From: an uncultured Anaerolineales bacterium
Lineage (GTDB): Bacteria > Chloroflexota > Anaerolineae > B4-G1
NCBI GenBank assembly: GCA_964450435.1
Contig: CAYVCX010000002.1
Coordinates: forward strand, 43,760-107,759
Direction of reading: 5' to 3'
DNA: 64,000 nt
Shown: piece after piece, positions 46,406 to 55,787 of the stretch
How positions within the stretch are numbered: position 1 is the first letter of the stretch
How the letters are laid out: each line of letters opens with the position of its first letter
Translations under genes and position numbers: made by a program
The notes under the pieces: generated by a model
What the model was told of the DNA's origin: nothing
The model's database searches: none
What the model saw: the letters and a program-made list of their open reading frames with translations, nothing else

Positions 46406-48168
46406 TCGATACACCCCGTGTCGGCCTCTTCGTCTGCCACTGCGGCACCAACATCGCGGGCCACGTGGATGTGGAGGCTGTGGCCGACTACGGACGTACG
46501 TTGCCGGGCGTAGTCTTCGTCCAACGCAACCTGTACACCTGCTCCGACGCCGGCCTGCGGGAGATCAAGGAGGCCATCGCCAATGAGAGGTTGGATCGTG
46601 TGGTGGTCGCCGCGTGCACGCCTCGTACCCACGAGCCGCTGTTTCAGGAGGCGTGTCGTGAGGCGGACTTGAATCCCTACCTGCTCGAGTTCGTCAACAT
46701 CCGCGATCAGTGCTCCTGGGTCCATATGCAGGAGCCGGAGGCGGCTACCCAGAAGGCCCGGGATCTGGTGCGTATGGGAGTGGCTAAAGCGCATCTCCTG
46801 GAGCCACTGGAGGAGCACGAGGTGCCGGTGGAACCGGCGGCGCTGGTAATAGGTGGAGGAATGATCGGTATGACGGCAGCGCTCAGCCTGGCCAACCGCG
46901 GCTTCGCGGTCATGCTGGTGGAGCGCGAGCCAGAGCTGGGCGGTATGATGCTGCACCTGCACAAGCTCTACCCCACGCAGGAGGACGCACGGAAGGTGGT
47001 CCAGGAGCGCATCAGCCAGGTGCGGCGGCACGGCGGCATCGAAATCTTCACCTCTTCGGTTGTGAGCAGCGTAAAGGGCTTCGTGGGCAACTACGAAGTG
47101 ATGATCGAGGGAGTGGGGCCCGGGAAGGCTGGTGCTGCCGAGAGGACGGACGATCCTGGCCCGCCTGCCGACGCACCGGTCCATCGCTCCGCCACAGCCG
47201 GAGCCATCATCGTCGCCACCGGGACGAGCGTCCTTCAACCGGAAGGGATGTACGGCTACGACGGGAAGCGCGTCGTCACGCAGTTGGAGCTCGAGGAGCG
47301 CTTCAGGTCGGATGAGCTCGACGTGGACCGCGTCGTGATGATCCAGTGCGTGGGGGCCCGCTGTGCGGAGCGCCCTTACTGCTCCCGGATCTGTTGCACG
47401 ACGGCGATCAAGAATGCGCTGGAGATCAAGGACCGCTGTTCCGATGCGGAGGTCTACATCCTGTACCGGGATGCTGAGACGCAGGGCACGCGCTACGAGG
47501 CCTACTACGGCCAGGCCCGCGAGGCCGGCATCCAGTTCATCCGCTATGACACCGAGCGCCCGCCAGAGGTCCTGGAGGAGCGCGTATTGGTGTACGACGA
47601 GATGCTGGGGGCCAGGCTGAGCATTCCCTGCGATATGGTCGTGCTCTCCACGCCGTTGGTGGCCCCAGAGGGCGCGCATGAGCTGGCCCAGACGCTGAAG
47701 GTGCCCGTGGACGAGCACGGCTTCTTTCTGGAGGCCCACGTCAAGCTCCGGCCGCTGGATTTCGCCACCGACGGCATCTATGTGGCCGGCACCGCCCGTT
47801 GGCCCTCTCACCTGGAGGAGACGATCACCCAGGCCTATGGCGCGGCGGCGCGAGCGTCTACCATCCTCTCCAAGGAGCACGTCACATCATCGGGCATTGT
47901 GGCGCAGGTGGACGAGCATCTGTGCCGGGGCTGTGGCCGCTGTGTGGAAATCTGCGAGTTCGGTGCGCCGTCTCTGAAGGAGAGTTTGTCCGGGGGGAAC
48001 GTGGCTCACGTCAGTGCAGTGATGTGCAAAGGATGCGGAGCCTGTGCCTCGGTCTGTCCCACCGGCGCGATGCATGCCCGGCACTTCACGGATGAACAGG
48101 TCACCGCGATGGTCCGGGCGGCGCTCGAGCCGGCGCCGTCGTTTTTCGCCCTGGAGGCTGGTTCATGA
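46402..48168 (+). CDS. hdrA: HdrA (classical order) with a degenerate FAD-site motif (LHKLYPTQEDARKV)
   Basis: N-terminus VGLFVCHCGTNIAGHVDV, then GGGMIGMTAA, and C-terminal ferredoxin motifs (CRGCGRCVEICE, CKGCGACASVCP). Confidence 0.8.
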   Translation: MIDTPRVGLFVCHCGTNIAGHVDVEAVADYGRTLPGVVFVQRNLYTCSDAGLREIKEAIANERLDRVVVAACTPRTHEPLFQEACREADLNPYLLEFVNIRDQCSWVHMQEPEAATQKARDLVRMGVAKAHLLEPLEEHEVPVEPAALVIGGGMIGMTAALSLANRGFAVMLVEREPELGGMMLHLHKLYPTQEDARKVVQERISQVRRHGGIEIFTSSVVSSVKGFVGNYEVMIEGVGPGKAGAAERTDDPGPPADAPVHRSATAGAIIVATGTSVLQPEGMYGYDGKRVVTQLELEERFRSDELDVDRVVMIQCVGARCAERPYCSRICCTTAIKNALEIKDRCSDAEVYILYRDAETQGTRYEAYYGQAREAGIQFIRYDTERPPEVLEERVLVYDEMLGARLSIPCDMVVLSTPLVAPEGAHELAQTLKVPVDEHGFFLEAHVKLRPLDFATDGIYVAGTARWPSHLEETITQAYGAAARASTILSKEHVTSSGIVAQVDEHLCRGCGRCVEICEFGAPSLKESLSGGNVAHVSAVMCKGCGACASVCPTGAMHARHFTDEQVTAMVRAALEPAPSFFALEAGS

Positions 48169-48201
48169 TGCCCGTTGGATACCGGGCGTCGCGCATTCTC
48201 G

Positions 48202-48633
48202 ATGGGTGAGTTCCAGCCGCGCATCGTCGTCTTTGCCTGCAACTGGTGCTCCTACGCCGGGGCCGACCTGGCCGGCTCCAGCCGGATGCAGTACCCGGCT
48301 GCTACACGTGTCATCCGCGTGATGTGCTCCGGCCGCGTGACGCCCGGCTTCATTCTGGAGGCGTTTCGACTGGGGGCCGACGGCGTGCTGGTCACCGGCT
48401 GCCACCCCGGCGATTGCCATTACATCTCTGGGAACGAGAACGCCGTTGTCACCGTGGAGAAGACAGCGCGGCTGCTGGAGCTCCTGGGCCTCGAGGTCGA
48501 GCGGCTGCGCCTGGAGTGGATCTCGGCCGCCGAGGGGGCGCGCTTCGCGCGTCTGATGACGGAGTTCACCGGGCAGGTTCGCGAGTTGGGGCCGAGCTTG
48601 CTGGGAAATGGTGGCGCAGGACGTGAAGCCTGA
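48202..48633 (+). CDS. mvhD: MvhD paralog
   Basis: Motifs FACNWCSYAGADLAG and TGCHPGDCHY. Confidence 0.8.
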   Translation: MGEFQPRIVVFACNWCSYAGADLAGSSRMQYPAATRVIRVMCSGRVTPGFILEAFRLGADGVLVTGCHPGDCHYISGNENAVVTVEKTARLLELLGLEVERLRLEWISAAEGARFARLMTEFTGQVRELGPSLLGNGGAGREA

Positions 48634-48641
48634 AGCGCGAC

Positions 48642-49799
48642 ATGGACTTTGAGCACATCCTTCATCGAACTGGTGCCATCCTGTGCCTGGATTGCGGCAA
48701 GTGCACCGGGAGCTGCCCGGTGTCGCGGGTGGACGTGGCGTACTCGCCGCGCAGGACGATCGAACGTGTCCTGGCGGGTCAGCCGGAGGACTTGATCAAC
48801 GACCGCTATCTCTGGTCGTGTCTGACCTGCGGCCTCTGCACAACCCGCTGTCCTTCGGACGTCGACTACCCGGCCTTCGTCATCGCCGCCCGCATAGCGG
48901 CGCGCCGGGCGAGCGTGGAGGGACCTGCTGCTCACAACGCTGTCATGCAGCATTTGATGGGCATCATGACGCGGTCGATCAACCAGAACCGCACCAATTG
49001 GCTGACAGATGAACTGCAGACGGTGAGGCAGGGGGAAGACTTCTATTTCGTGGGATGTCTGCCGTATTTTGATGTTCTTTTTGAGGATCTGGGCGTCGTC
49101 TCGACCGACAGCGCCCGGAACGCGATACGCCTGATGAACGCTGTGGGCATCACGCCGGTGGTCAGCGACGACGAACGGTGCTGCGGTGCCGATCTCCTGC
49201 TCAACGGTGACGAGAGCGGTTTCCGCGAGCTGGCCAGACGCAACGTCGAGGTCATCGCGGAGAGCGGGGCCGCACGGGTAATCTTCACCTGCCCGGAGTG
49301 TTACAACGCCTTTCGAGAGAACTATCCGCGCTACGTCGGCTCGCTTCCTTTCCAGCCGGTCCACATTGCCGAGCTCCTGGCCGGTCATCTCGACGAGCTG
49401 GCGCTGGACGGGCTGGACGAGACGGTCACCTACCAGGATCCCTGTCGTCTGGGGCGCTACCAGGGGATTTATGAGGAACCGCGCGCGCTCATCGAAGCCA
49501 CCGGCGCGAATCTGGTCGAGATGCGCAAGAGCCGGGCCAATGCCGTCTGCTGCGGCTCTGTGGGCTGGGTAAGCTGCGGTCAGTGTGCCAAGGGTATTCA
49601 AGTGGCGCGGCTGCGTGAGGCGCAGGCCGCCGGCGCGGCCGCGCTGATCACAGCCTGTCCCAAGTGCCGCATCCATCTCAGTTGCGCTCTGAAGGACGCC
49701 GGCGATGAGGAGGATGAGCAGCAACCCATCGACGTTGTTCTGGAGGATCTGGCCCTGCTGCTCGTGCGTGCGATGCCCCCGGGTGAAATCGATGGCTAG
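48642..49799 (+). CDS. hdrD: HdrD-like fused HdrC-HdrB Fe-S protein
   Basis: Motifs CLDCGKCTGSCP and CLTCGLCTTRCP, followed by CCG domains. Confidence 0.75.
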   Translation: MDFEHILHRTGAILCLDCGKCTGSCPVSRVDVAYSPRRTIERVLAGQPEDLINDRYLWSCLTCGLCTTRCPSDVDYPAFVIAARIAARRASVEGPAAHNAVMQHLMGIMTRSINQNRTNWLTDELQTVRQGEDFYFVGCLPYFDVLFEDLGVVSTDSARNAIRLMNAVGITPVVSDDERCCGADLLLNGDESGFRELARRNVEVIAESGAARVIFTCPECYNAFRENYPRYVGSLPFQPVHIAELLAGHLDELALDGLDETVTYQDPCRLGRYQGIYEEPRALIEATGANLVEMRKSRANAVCCGSVGWVSCGQCAKGIQVARLREAQAAGAAALITACPKCRIHLSCALKDAGDEEDEQQPIDVVLEDLALLLVRAMPPGEIDG

Positions 49800-49863
49800 G
49801 ATGAGAATCAGTTGAAACGGGCTGGCGGTGTCACCTGCTTGAGCAGGTTAGAGATACCAGCCT

Positions 49864-50406
49864 GTGAACGCTTCGCAGAAGGCGGGAATGACCGACGCTA
49901 CGGAATCAGTCTTCGACGTTAGCACCTTCGCCCCCGGCTTCCGCGACGAAATCGCGGCCGAGCGGGGCGGGGGGCACATCCGGCGCTGCTTCTCGTGCAG
50001 CACGTGCACTGCCGGCTGTCCGGTGGCCAGCGTCACCGACAAGTACAATCCCCGCCGCATCGTCCACATGGCGCTGCTGGGGATGCGCGACCAGGTGTTG
50101 ACCAGCGATTTCATCTGGCTCTGCTCGGTCTGCTACACGTGCTACGAGCGCTGCCCGCAGGACGTGCGCGTCCCGGAGCTGATGAACGCCATCCGCAACA
50201 TCGCCGTGCGGGAGGGGTGTGTCCCTCCGACCTTCACAAGACAGATAGAACAACTGCGGGACCACGGTCGGCTCTTGGAGATTGGCGACTACGAGAACGA
50301 GCGGCGGGCGCGCTACGGGCTGCCTCCCATTGAAGAAGCGGCGCTGGAGGTGCGCGAGATCTTGAACAGAACGCGCCCCCAGAAGCGTTCGGAGGACGGG
50401 CCGTGA
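49864..50406 (+). CDS. hdrC: Heterodisulfide reductase subunit C
   Basis: Motifs CFSCSTCTAGCP and CSVCYTCYERCP. It overlaps the hdrB start by 4 nt. Confidence 0.8.
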   Translation: MNASQKAGMTDATESVFDVSTFAPGFRDEIAAERGGGHIRRCFSCSTCTAGCPVASVTDKYNPRRIVHMALLGMRDQVLTSDFIWLCSVCYTCYERCPQDVRVPELMNAIRNIAVREGCVPPTFTRQIEQLRDHGRLLEIGDYENERRARYGLPPIEEAALEVREILNRTRPQKRSEDGP

Positions 50407-51335
50407 GCGGGCGATACGCGCTGTACCTGGGCTGTTCCGTCCCGGTGCGCGGGATGAACTACGAGATGTCGGCGCGCCGGGTAGCCGGGCAGCTCGACAT
50501 CGAGTTGAAGGACATTGATGGCTTCACCTGCTGCGGCTTTCCGGCCAGGCCCCTGGACTGGGAGGCAGGGCTGCTTATGGCCGCCCGCAACCTGGCCCTG
50601 GCCGAGGCGCAGGGGCTGGACATCCTGACGCTCTGCAGCGCCTGCACAGGGACGCTCACCGAGGCCAACCATGGACTCCGCGATGACGCTGAGCTTCTTG
50701 CGTGGGCCAATGAGGAGTTGGCCGATATGGGCCATCGGAACTCGGCGCCCCCACCAGAGGCTTATCGGGGAACGGTGCGCGTGCGTCACTTCGCCCGGGT
50801 GTTGTACGAGGAGGTCGGGGTCGAGACTCTGCGCAAAGAGGTCGCGGCAAGCGCAGGCGGCGAGCAGCTACTGCAGGGTTTCCGATTTGCACCGCACTAC
50901 GGATGCCACTACTTGAAGCCCTCTCATATCTACGACGGGTTCGATGATCCAGAGAATCCGCAGAGCCTGGATCGGCTCATTGAAGCCACCGGCGCGGGTG
51001 TGGTGCGCTACGAGGACGAGGGACAGTGCTGCGGGGGCGGCCTCCTCGGATTCGACGAGGCGACGGCGCTGCTGATGACGGGTCAGAAGCTGGAGCACGT
51101 GACTGAGGCCGGGGCTGACGCGATGGTGCTCGTCTGTCCGTTCTGCGCTATTATGTACGAGGCGAACCAGCGGCGGGTGGAGAAGCTCCACGGGGCCAGT
51201 TACGGACTGCCGGTGCTCTATTACCCGCAGATCCTCGGCCTGGCGATGGGCTTCTCCATGGAGGAAATGGGGATCAAGCTGAACCGGGTGAAGCCCCGCA
51301 AGTTGATCGAAACGTTGCGTGCAAGGGAAGGATGA
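50403..51335 (+). CDS. hdrB: Heterodisulfide reductase subunit B
   Basis: Motif YLGCS followed by CCG domains (CCGFP, CCGGGL, CPFC). Confidence 0.8.
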   Translation: MSGRYALYLGCSVPVRGMNYEMSARRVAGQLDIELKDIDGFTCCGFPARPLDWEAGLLMAARNLALAEAQGLDILTLCSACTGTLTEANHGLRDDAELLAWANEELADMGHRNSAPPPEAYRGTVRVRHFARVLYEEVGVETLRKEVAASAGGEQLLQGFRFAPHYGCHYLKPSHIYDGFDDPENPQSLDRLIEATGAGVVRYEDEGQCCGGGLLGFDEATALLMTGQKLEHVTEAGADAMVLVCPFCAIMYEANQRRVEKLHGASYGLPVLYYPQILGLAMGFSMEEMGIKLNRVKPRKLIETLRAREG

Positions 51336-51405
51336 AGGGCAGGAATCACGCGAGGGGATATGGCTGGTCCGTAGGCAGTCCCTCTCGTGTTGAGGAGGTG
51401 CGACA

Positions 51406-54015
51406 TTGGGCGATAACGAGCTAGAGAGAGGCGACGCTGTCCGCATCGGCGTCTTCGTCTGCGACTGCGGCCTGAACATCGCTGGCAGCGTGGACACCGC
51501 CGCCGTGCGAGAGTATGCTGAGTCTCTGCCGGACGTGACGGTGGCGGTGCGCAATCGCTACACCTGCGCCGATCCCGGGCAGCAAGAGATCAAGCAGACG
51601 ATCGTGGAGCACAACCTCAACCGGGTGGTGGTCGCTTCCTGCTCGCCCCGGCTCCACGAGCCCACCTTCCGGCACTGCGTGAGTGAGGCAGGCCTCAATC
51701 CCTACCTGTTTGAGATGGCCAACATCCGCGAGCACTGCGCCTGGGTCCACCTCCAGGATCGCGAGGCGGCCACGCGCAAGGCCAAGGATATCGTCCGGGT
51801 GGCCGTGGCTCGCGCCCGCTGGCTGCACGCTCAGGACGAGGAGCGGTTTCCAGTCACCGACGCAGCGCTGGTCATTGGCGGAGGCGTCGCCGGCATCCAG
51901 GCTGCCCTCGACCTGGCCGATGCCGGTCACCAGGTCTACCTGGTGGAAAAAGAACCGTCCATCGGGGGGATCATGGCGCGACTGGACAAGACGTATCCCA
52001 CAATGGACTGTAGCATATGAATCCTCGGCCCCAAAATGATGGATGTCGGTCGACATCCAAAGATCGAATTGATGGCCTACAGCGAGGTCGAGGACGTCTC
52101 CGGCTACGTCGGTGATTTCAGGGTGCGGGTACGGCGAAAAGCCCGCTATGTCGATGAGGCCGAATGCACCGCCTGCGGGGACTGCTCCGACGTCTGCCCC
52201 GTCGTCATGCCGGATGGGTTTCAGGCCGGCCTCTCCACCCGCCGGGCGATCTACATCCCCTTCCCCCAGGCCGTCCCCTCGTCCTACATCGTCAACGCGG
52301 ACGAGTGTCTGGGCAGCAACCCGATCGCCTGCGGTAAGTGCGTCGAAGCGTGCGACAAGCAGTGCATCGATTTCGATATGCAGGATGAGATCGTGGAGCT
52401 GCAGGTGGGCGCTGTCATCGTTGCCACCGGCATGGAGACCTACGATCCCACGCCCCTGGACGAGTACGGCTACACCAGCTACGAGAATGTGGTCACCAGC
52501 CTGGAGTTTGAACGACTGATCTCGGCGGAGGGGCCGACCGAGGGGCATTTCGTTCGGCCTTTGGATCGAGAGCAGCCCCGGCGCGTCGGCTTCGTGCAGT
52601 GCGTCGGCTCGCGAACCTTGCCCTCGCAATCGAACCCCGAGGGACAGCGCGGCAACCCGTACTGTTCCAACATCTGCTGCATGAACACTGTCAAGGACAG
52701 CCTGCTGCTCAAGGATCATTACCCGGACACGGACATCACGGTCTTCTACATGGACATCCGCGCCTTTGGCAAGGGCTTTGAAGATCTCTATCGGCGCTCG
52801 AAAGCTCAGGGCGTCCGCTACATCCGCGGCCTGCCGGGCGAGGTGGAGGAGGATCCGGGGACGGGGAATCTCACCGCGTACGTAGAGAACACCACCACCA
52901 GCCTCCTGGAGGAGCACGAGCTGGACATGCTGGTGCTTTCTATAGGCGCTGTTCCCCGAACGGAGACCGATCCGGTGCGCCAGCTTCTGACTCTGTCCGT
53001 CAGTGAGGATGGCTTTCTGATGGAGGCTCATCCCAAGCTGAAGCCGGTAGACACCCCGACTAAGGGGGTCTACATTGCCGGCTGCGCAGAGGCGCCCAAG
53101 GACATCAAGGACTCGGTCACCCAGGCGAGCGCGGCCGCCGCGCGCGCCGAGGTGCTGCTCAACGCGCCGCAGATCGCGGTGGAGGCGATCACGGCTGTGG
53201 TGGACGAGGATCTGTGCAAGCAGTGCGGGCAGTGTGCCGAGGTGTGCCCCTTCTCGGCCATCGTCTGGGAGAAGAAGCAGACAGCCCGCGTCATCAGTGC
53301 AGCGTGCGCTGGCTGCGGCACCTGCGCCGCGGAGTGCCGCTTCGATGCCATTACGATGCGGCACTTCACCGATCAGCAGATCTACGCTATGGTCGACGCC
53401 ATTCTGGATGACGACCCGGTGGACAAAGTGGTCGCCTTCGCCTGCAACTGGTGCTCGTACGCCGGCGCCGACACAGCCGGTACGTCGCGCCTGCAGTATC
53501 CTCCCAACGGCTATGTCATCCGCACCATGTGCTCCGGGCGTGTCAAGCCAGACTTCGTGTGGCATGCCTTCCAGAAAGGAGCGCCCGTCGTGCTGGTATC
53601 AGGTTGTCATTACGCTGATTGTCACTACATCGACGCCAACCGCAACGCGGTGCGCCGCGTGGACGCACTGTGGGAAGGACTGGAGAAGCATGGCGTCGAC
53701 CCACGGCGGCTCCAGCTTGATTGGTGCAGCGCGGCCGAGGGGCAGAAATGGGCCAGGATCATGCGGGAGCTTGAGGGTCTGCGGGCCGGCGTGACAGATG
53801 AAGAAGTTGAGGAGGCCAGGGATGCGCTGAAGGGCCAGCGAGTGCCCCGCCGCAGCGAAGTCTGGCGGCTGAAGGGGCCAACCGCGGCCAGTATGATCTG
53901 CTATCGCTGCGGCAACGAGTGGGAGGACACGTTCGACCCGTCCGCCGACCGGGAGCGGATGTGCCCGTCCTGCCGCAGCAACAGCGTGCGGGTGCTGCCG
54001 GACGGGAGGGAATAG
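51406..54015 (+). CDS. hdrA: HdrA-MvhD fusion with an in-frame TGA (52018-52020) at the second Cys of the DKTFPTxDCxxCIL motif; putative selenoprotein (869 aa if read through). Also carries a C-terminal zinc ribbon
   Basis: Listed ORFs 51406-52020 and 52036-54015 share a frame with no other stop. The local sequence is DKTYPTMDCSI-[TGA]-ILGPKMMDVG. A SECIS-like hairpin with a GGTC apical loop lies 20 nt downstream. The C-terminal 200 aa is an MvhD domain (FACNWCSYAGADTAG, GCHYADCHY). TTG start after a GAGGAGGTG RBS. Confidence 0.65.
52041..52058 (+). promoter_or_regulatory. SECIS-like hairpin GGATGTC-GGTC-GACATCC downstream of the in-frame TGA
   Basis: A perfect 7-bp stem with a GGTC apical loop, the same loop sequence as the E. 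coli fdhF SECIS. Read directly from the sequence. Confidence 0.45.
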
Positions 54016-54205
54016 GAGGGTTCGCACCTCTCTTGCGCTCGCGGCGCGGCGCACGGCGCGCCCATCGAGCCGACCCCGATCGAGGCGCTGTCCGCCCTCC
54101 TGGCCGACTGTTCTTGGGTTGGGCCTGATCGTCGCCGTCTTCGCCGGCTGTACCGTCCGTAAGTTCACCCGATAGACCAGACCATCTCACTGGAGGATTG
54201 GAACC

Positions 54206-55510
54206 GTGAACCAAGAACCGACCTTTGACCAGCTCTACGCCCGCCTGGACGACCTTCTGGCGCCCTGCCTGGCTCAGGACTGGCCCAATATGCCCGGGGC
54301 ATGGGCCGAGGGCGTCTACATGTACGACCGCGACGGCAAGCGCTATCTCGACTTCCTTGCCGGCTTCGGCGCATGCAACGCCGGGCACAACCATCCGCGC
54401 ATCATGGCCGCGGCCATGGAACAGATGAAGCACATGGTCCATGCTCCGGTCGGGGTGATAGCCCACGAACCCCTGCTGAGGCTCGCCCACGAGCTCGCGA
54501 AAGTCGTCCCGGGCGGGGCCGACATGTTCTTCTTCGGGAACAGCGGCTCCGAGGCCGTTGATGGCGCCATCAAGCTCGCTCGCTACGTGACCGGACGGCC
54601 GGGCCTGATCGCCTTCCTGGGCAGCTTCCACGGGCGCACCATAGGTGCCTCCAGTGTCACTGCCTCCAAGGTGAAGTACCGCCAGGGCCATGGCCCCTTC
54701 CTCCCGGACACCTACTTCGCCCGCTTCCCCTACCCCTTCCGCTCCCTCGCCCCCGACGATGAGGCCTGCGTTCAGGAGGCCCTGGGGGACATCCATCGCC
54801 TCTTCGAGTACGTCGTCCCGCCGCAGGACGTGGCTGCCGTCCTCGTCGAGCCCATCCAGGGGGAGGGGGGCTACATCTTCCCGCCCCGAAGCTGGCTGGA
54901 GGCGCTGCGTGCCATCTGTGACGAGCACGGGATCTTCCTGGTCTTCGATGAGGTCCAGACCGGCTTCGGACGTACCGGGGAGTGGTTCGCGGCCGATGTC
55001 TACGACGTCCAGCCTGACGTCGTCTGCCTGGCCAAGGGCATCGCCAACGGCTTCCAGCTCGGCGCCGTGGCGGCTCCCGGCGACGTCATGGCCCGCTGGG
55101 GCCCTGCATCCCACGGCACCACCTACGGCGGCAATCCCGTCGCCTGCGCCGCCGCCCTCGCCACCCTGGACGTCATCCGCGAGGAGGGCCTCCTGGAGAA
55201 TGCCCGGGAGCAGGGGGAGTACATGCTCGAAGCCCTCCGCGACCTGCAGGCCCGGTCGCCCATCGTCGGTGACGTGCGCGGCATCGGCCTGATGCTCGCC
55301 GTCGAGTTCATCGAACCCGGGACCGCTAGAGAGCCGCATACAGAGGCCGTGCGCCGCATCCTGGACCGCTGTCTTCAGGATGGGCTGCTCATGTACCCCT
55401 GCGGCCACTGGACCCAGACCATCCGCCTCATCCCGCCGCTCACCATCACCCGCAGGCAGGTCGACGAAGGCCTCGACATCTTCCGCCGCGCCGTCCTGGC
55501 CGAGAGCTAG
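54206..55510 (+). CDS. Class III pyridoxal-phosphate aminotransferase (acetylornithine / 4-aminobutyrate aminotransferase family)
   Basis: Motifs DFLAGFGACNAGH and GSEAVDGAIKLAR, plus PLP-lysine region features. GTG start after a GGAGGA RBS. Confidence 0.75.
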   Translation: MNQEPTFDQLYARLDDLLAPCLAQDWPNMPGAWAEGVYMYDRDGKRYLDFLAGFGACNAGHNHPRIMAAAMEQMKHMVHAPVGVIAHEPLLRLAHELAKVVPGGADMFFFGNSGSEAVDGAIKLARYVTGRPGLIAFLGSFHGRTIGASSVTASKVKYRQGHGPFLPDTYFARFPYPFRSLAPDDEACVQEALGDIHRLFEYVVPPQDVAAVLVEPIQGEGGYIFPPRSWLEALRAICDEHGIFLVFDEVQTGFGRTGEWFAADVYDVQPDVVCLAKGIANGFQLGAVAAPGDVMARWGPASHGTTYGGNPVACAAALATLDVIREEGLLENAREQGEYMLEALRDLQARSPIVGDVRGIGLMLAVEFIEPGTAREPHTEAVRRILDRCLQDGLLMYPCGHWTQTIRLIPPLTITRRQVDEGLDIFRRAVLAES

Positions 55511-55644
55511 CTGGATGACTACGACCCTTGGGGTTTCGTGATGCCCTGCGCTGGGCCAGCTCCCCTGCTGGCCCGCAGCGACACACCTGTCCGGGGCTTG
55601 CTCGAAACCCTGAGGGTCTTTTGTCCGGGCTGCCGCCCATTCCT

Positions 55645-55672
55645 TGTCCCCCATCCCTGCCTGTGCTACAAT
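55645..55672 (+). promoter_or_regulatory. Weak sigma70-like promoter candidate (TTGTCC, 16 nt spacer, TGcTACAAT) upstream of the hydrogenase genes
   Basis: An extended -10-like element in the 277-bp gap before the hydrogenase small subunit. Confidence 0.2.
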
Positions 55673-55787
55673 TCAGGACGTGCTCCTGCTGGATGACAAT
55701 CCAGCAGCTTCGCTGATAGCAGACTCGCCCGAAGACGACCACTCACCGTGGTTGCCGCCGCTGTTGCACGCATCGACCGAGGAGATT

